Assembly (NCBI RefSeq): GCF_001194135.2
Contig: NC_068994.1
Span: forward strand, 60,256,956-60,320,955
Length of the DNA: 64,000 nucleotides
From: Octopus bimaculoides
Lineage: Eukaryota
Reading direction: 5' to 3'
Shown here: piece after piece, positions 63,476 through 64,000 of the stretch
Layout: each line of letters opens with the position of its first letter
How positions within the stretch are numbered: position 1 is the first letter of the stretch
Program-made: the position numbers and the translations under genes
The notes under the pieces: generated by a model
What the model was told of the DNA's origin: nothing
The model's database searches: none
What the model saw: the letters and a program-made list of their open reading frames with translations, nothing else

Positions 63476-63882
63476 CAGGCATACTGTTATAGATATAAGC
63501 TATATATTTGTCGTGTTCATATGTGTGTGTGCGAGAGTGTGTGCGTGCGAGAGTGTGTGTGGGTGCGTGTGTGCATGAATGTGTGATCGTGCGTGCGTGT
63601 GGATGTATTATTATGCGTGTGCGTGTGTGTGTGTGTCCTTTTACAAGTTGCAACCAGAAGAGGTGGCCATTTGGAGGCATAACCATTGCTGTGTTTACAA
63701 GTTGGTTTCATTCACCTCCAGGGCTCTCCCTCCGTATTTCATTGAATACATACATACACGTATAAGTAATTATATATTCGGGTATGCATATATGTATATA
63801 TATGTGTATATGTATGAATGTATTGTGCACTATATGTGTGTGTGAATTATATATATATGTGTGTGTGTGTATGTATGTATAT

Positions 63883-63914
<32 letters not shown>

Positions 63915-63924
63915 TATACATATC

Positions 63925-63985
<61 letters not shown>

Positions 63986-64000
63986 TATTATACATATTAT

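Overview
Eukaryotic, AT-rich, microsatellite-dense draft-assembly window with 11 N gaps, most flanked by (TA)n. The tRNA-headed SINE families and repeat style are consistent with an octopus or other coleoid cephalopod genome (inference). I found no intact host gene or convincing exon, so this is probably intergenic or a giant intron. The only host-gene-derived sequence is a decayed, intronless 5'-half copy of MOB1 (38256-38626). The rest is a decayed transposon landscape: three recurrent SINE-like families; APE-type LINE fragments (CR1/L2-group, RTE); restriction-like-endonuclease (RLE) non-LTR elements (HERO-like, plus two R4/Dong-type lineages associated with (TAA)n and (CATA)n microsatellites); a Penelope GIY-YIG fragment; Tc1/mariner remnants and MITEs. 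Most notable: minimal hammerhead-ribozyme motifs (one inside a 300-bp TIR-bounded element, two back-to-back on opposite strands), an apparent (CATA)n-targeting R4 lineage, an RTE copy with twin-priming-type inversion geometry, and a perfect 88-bp inverted duplication about 9 kb apart. All family assignments come from motif recognition by eye, not database searches, and element boundaries are approximate.
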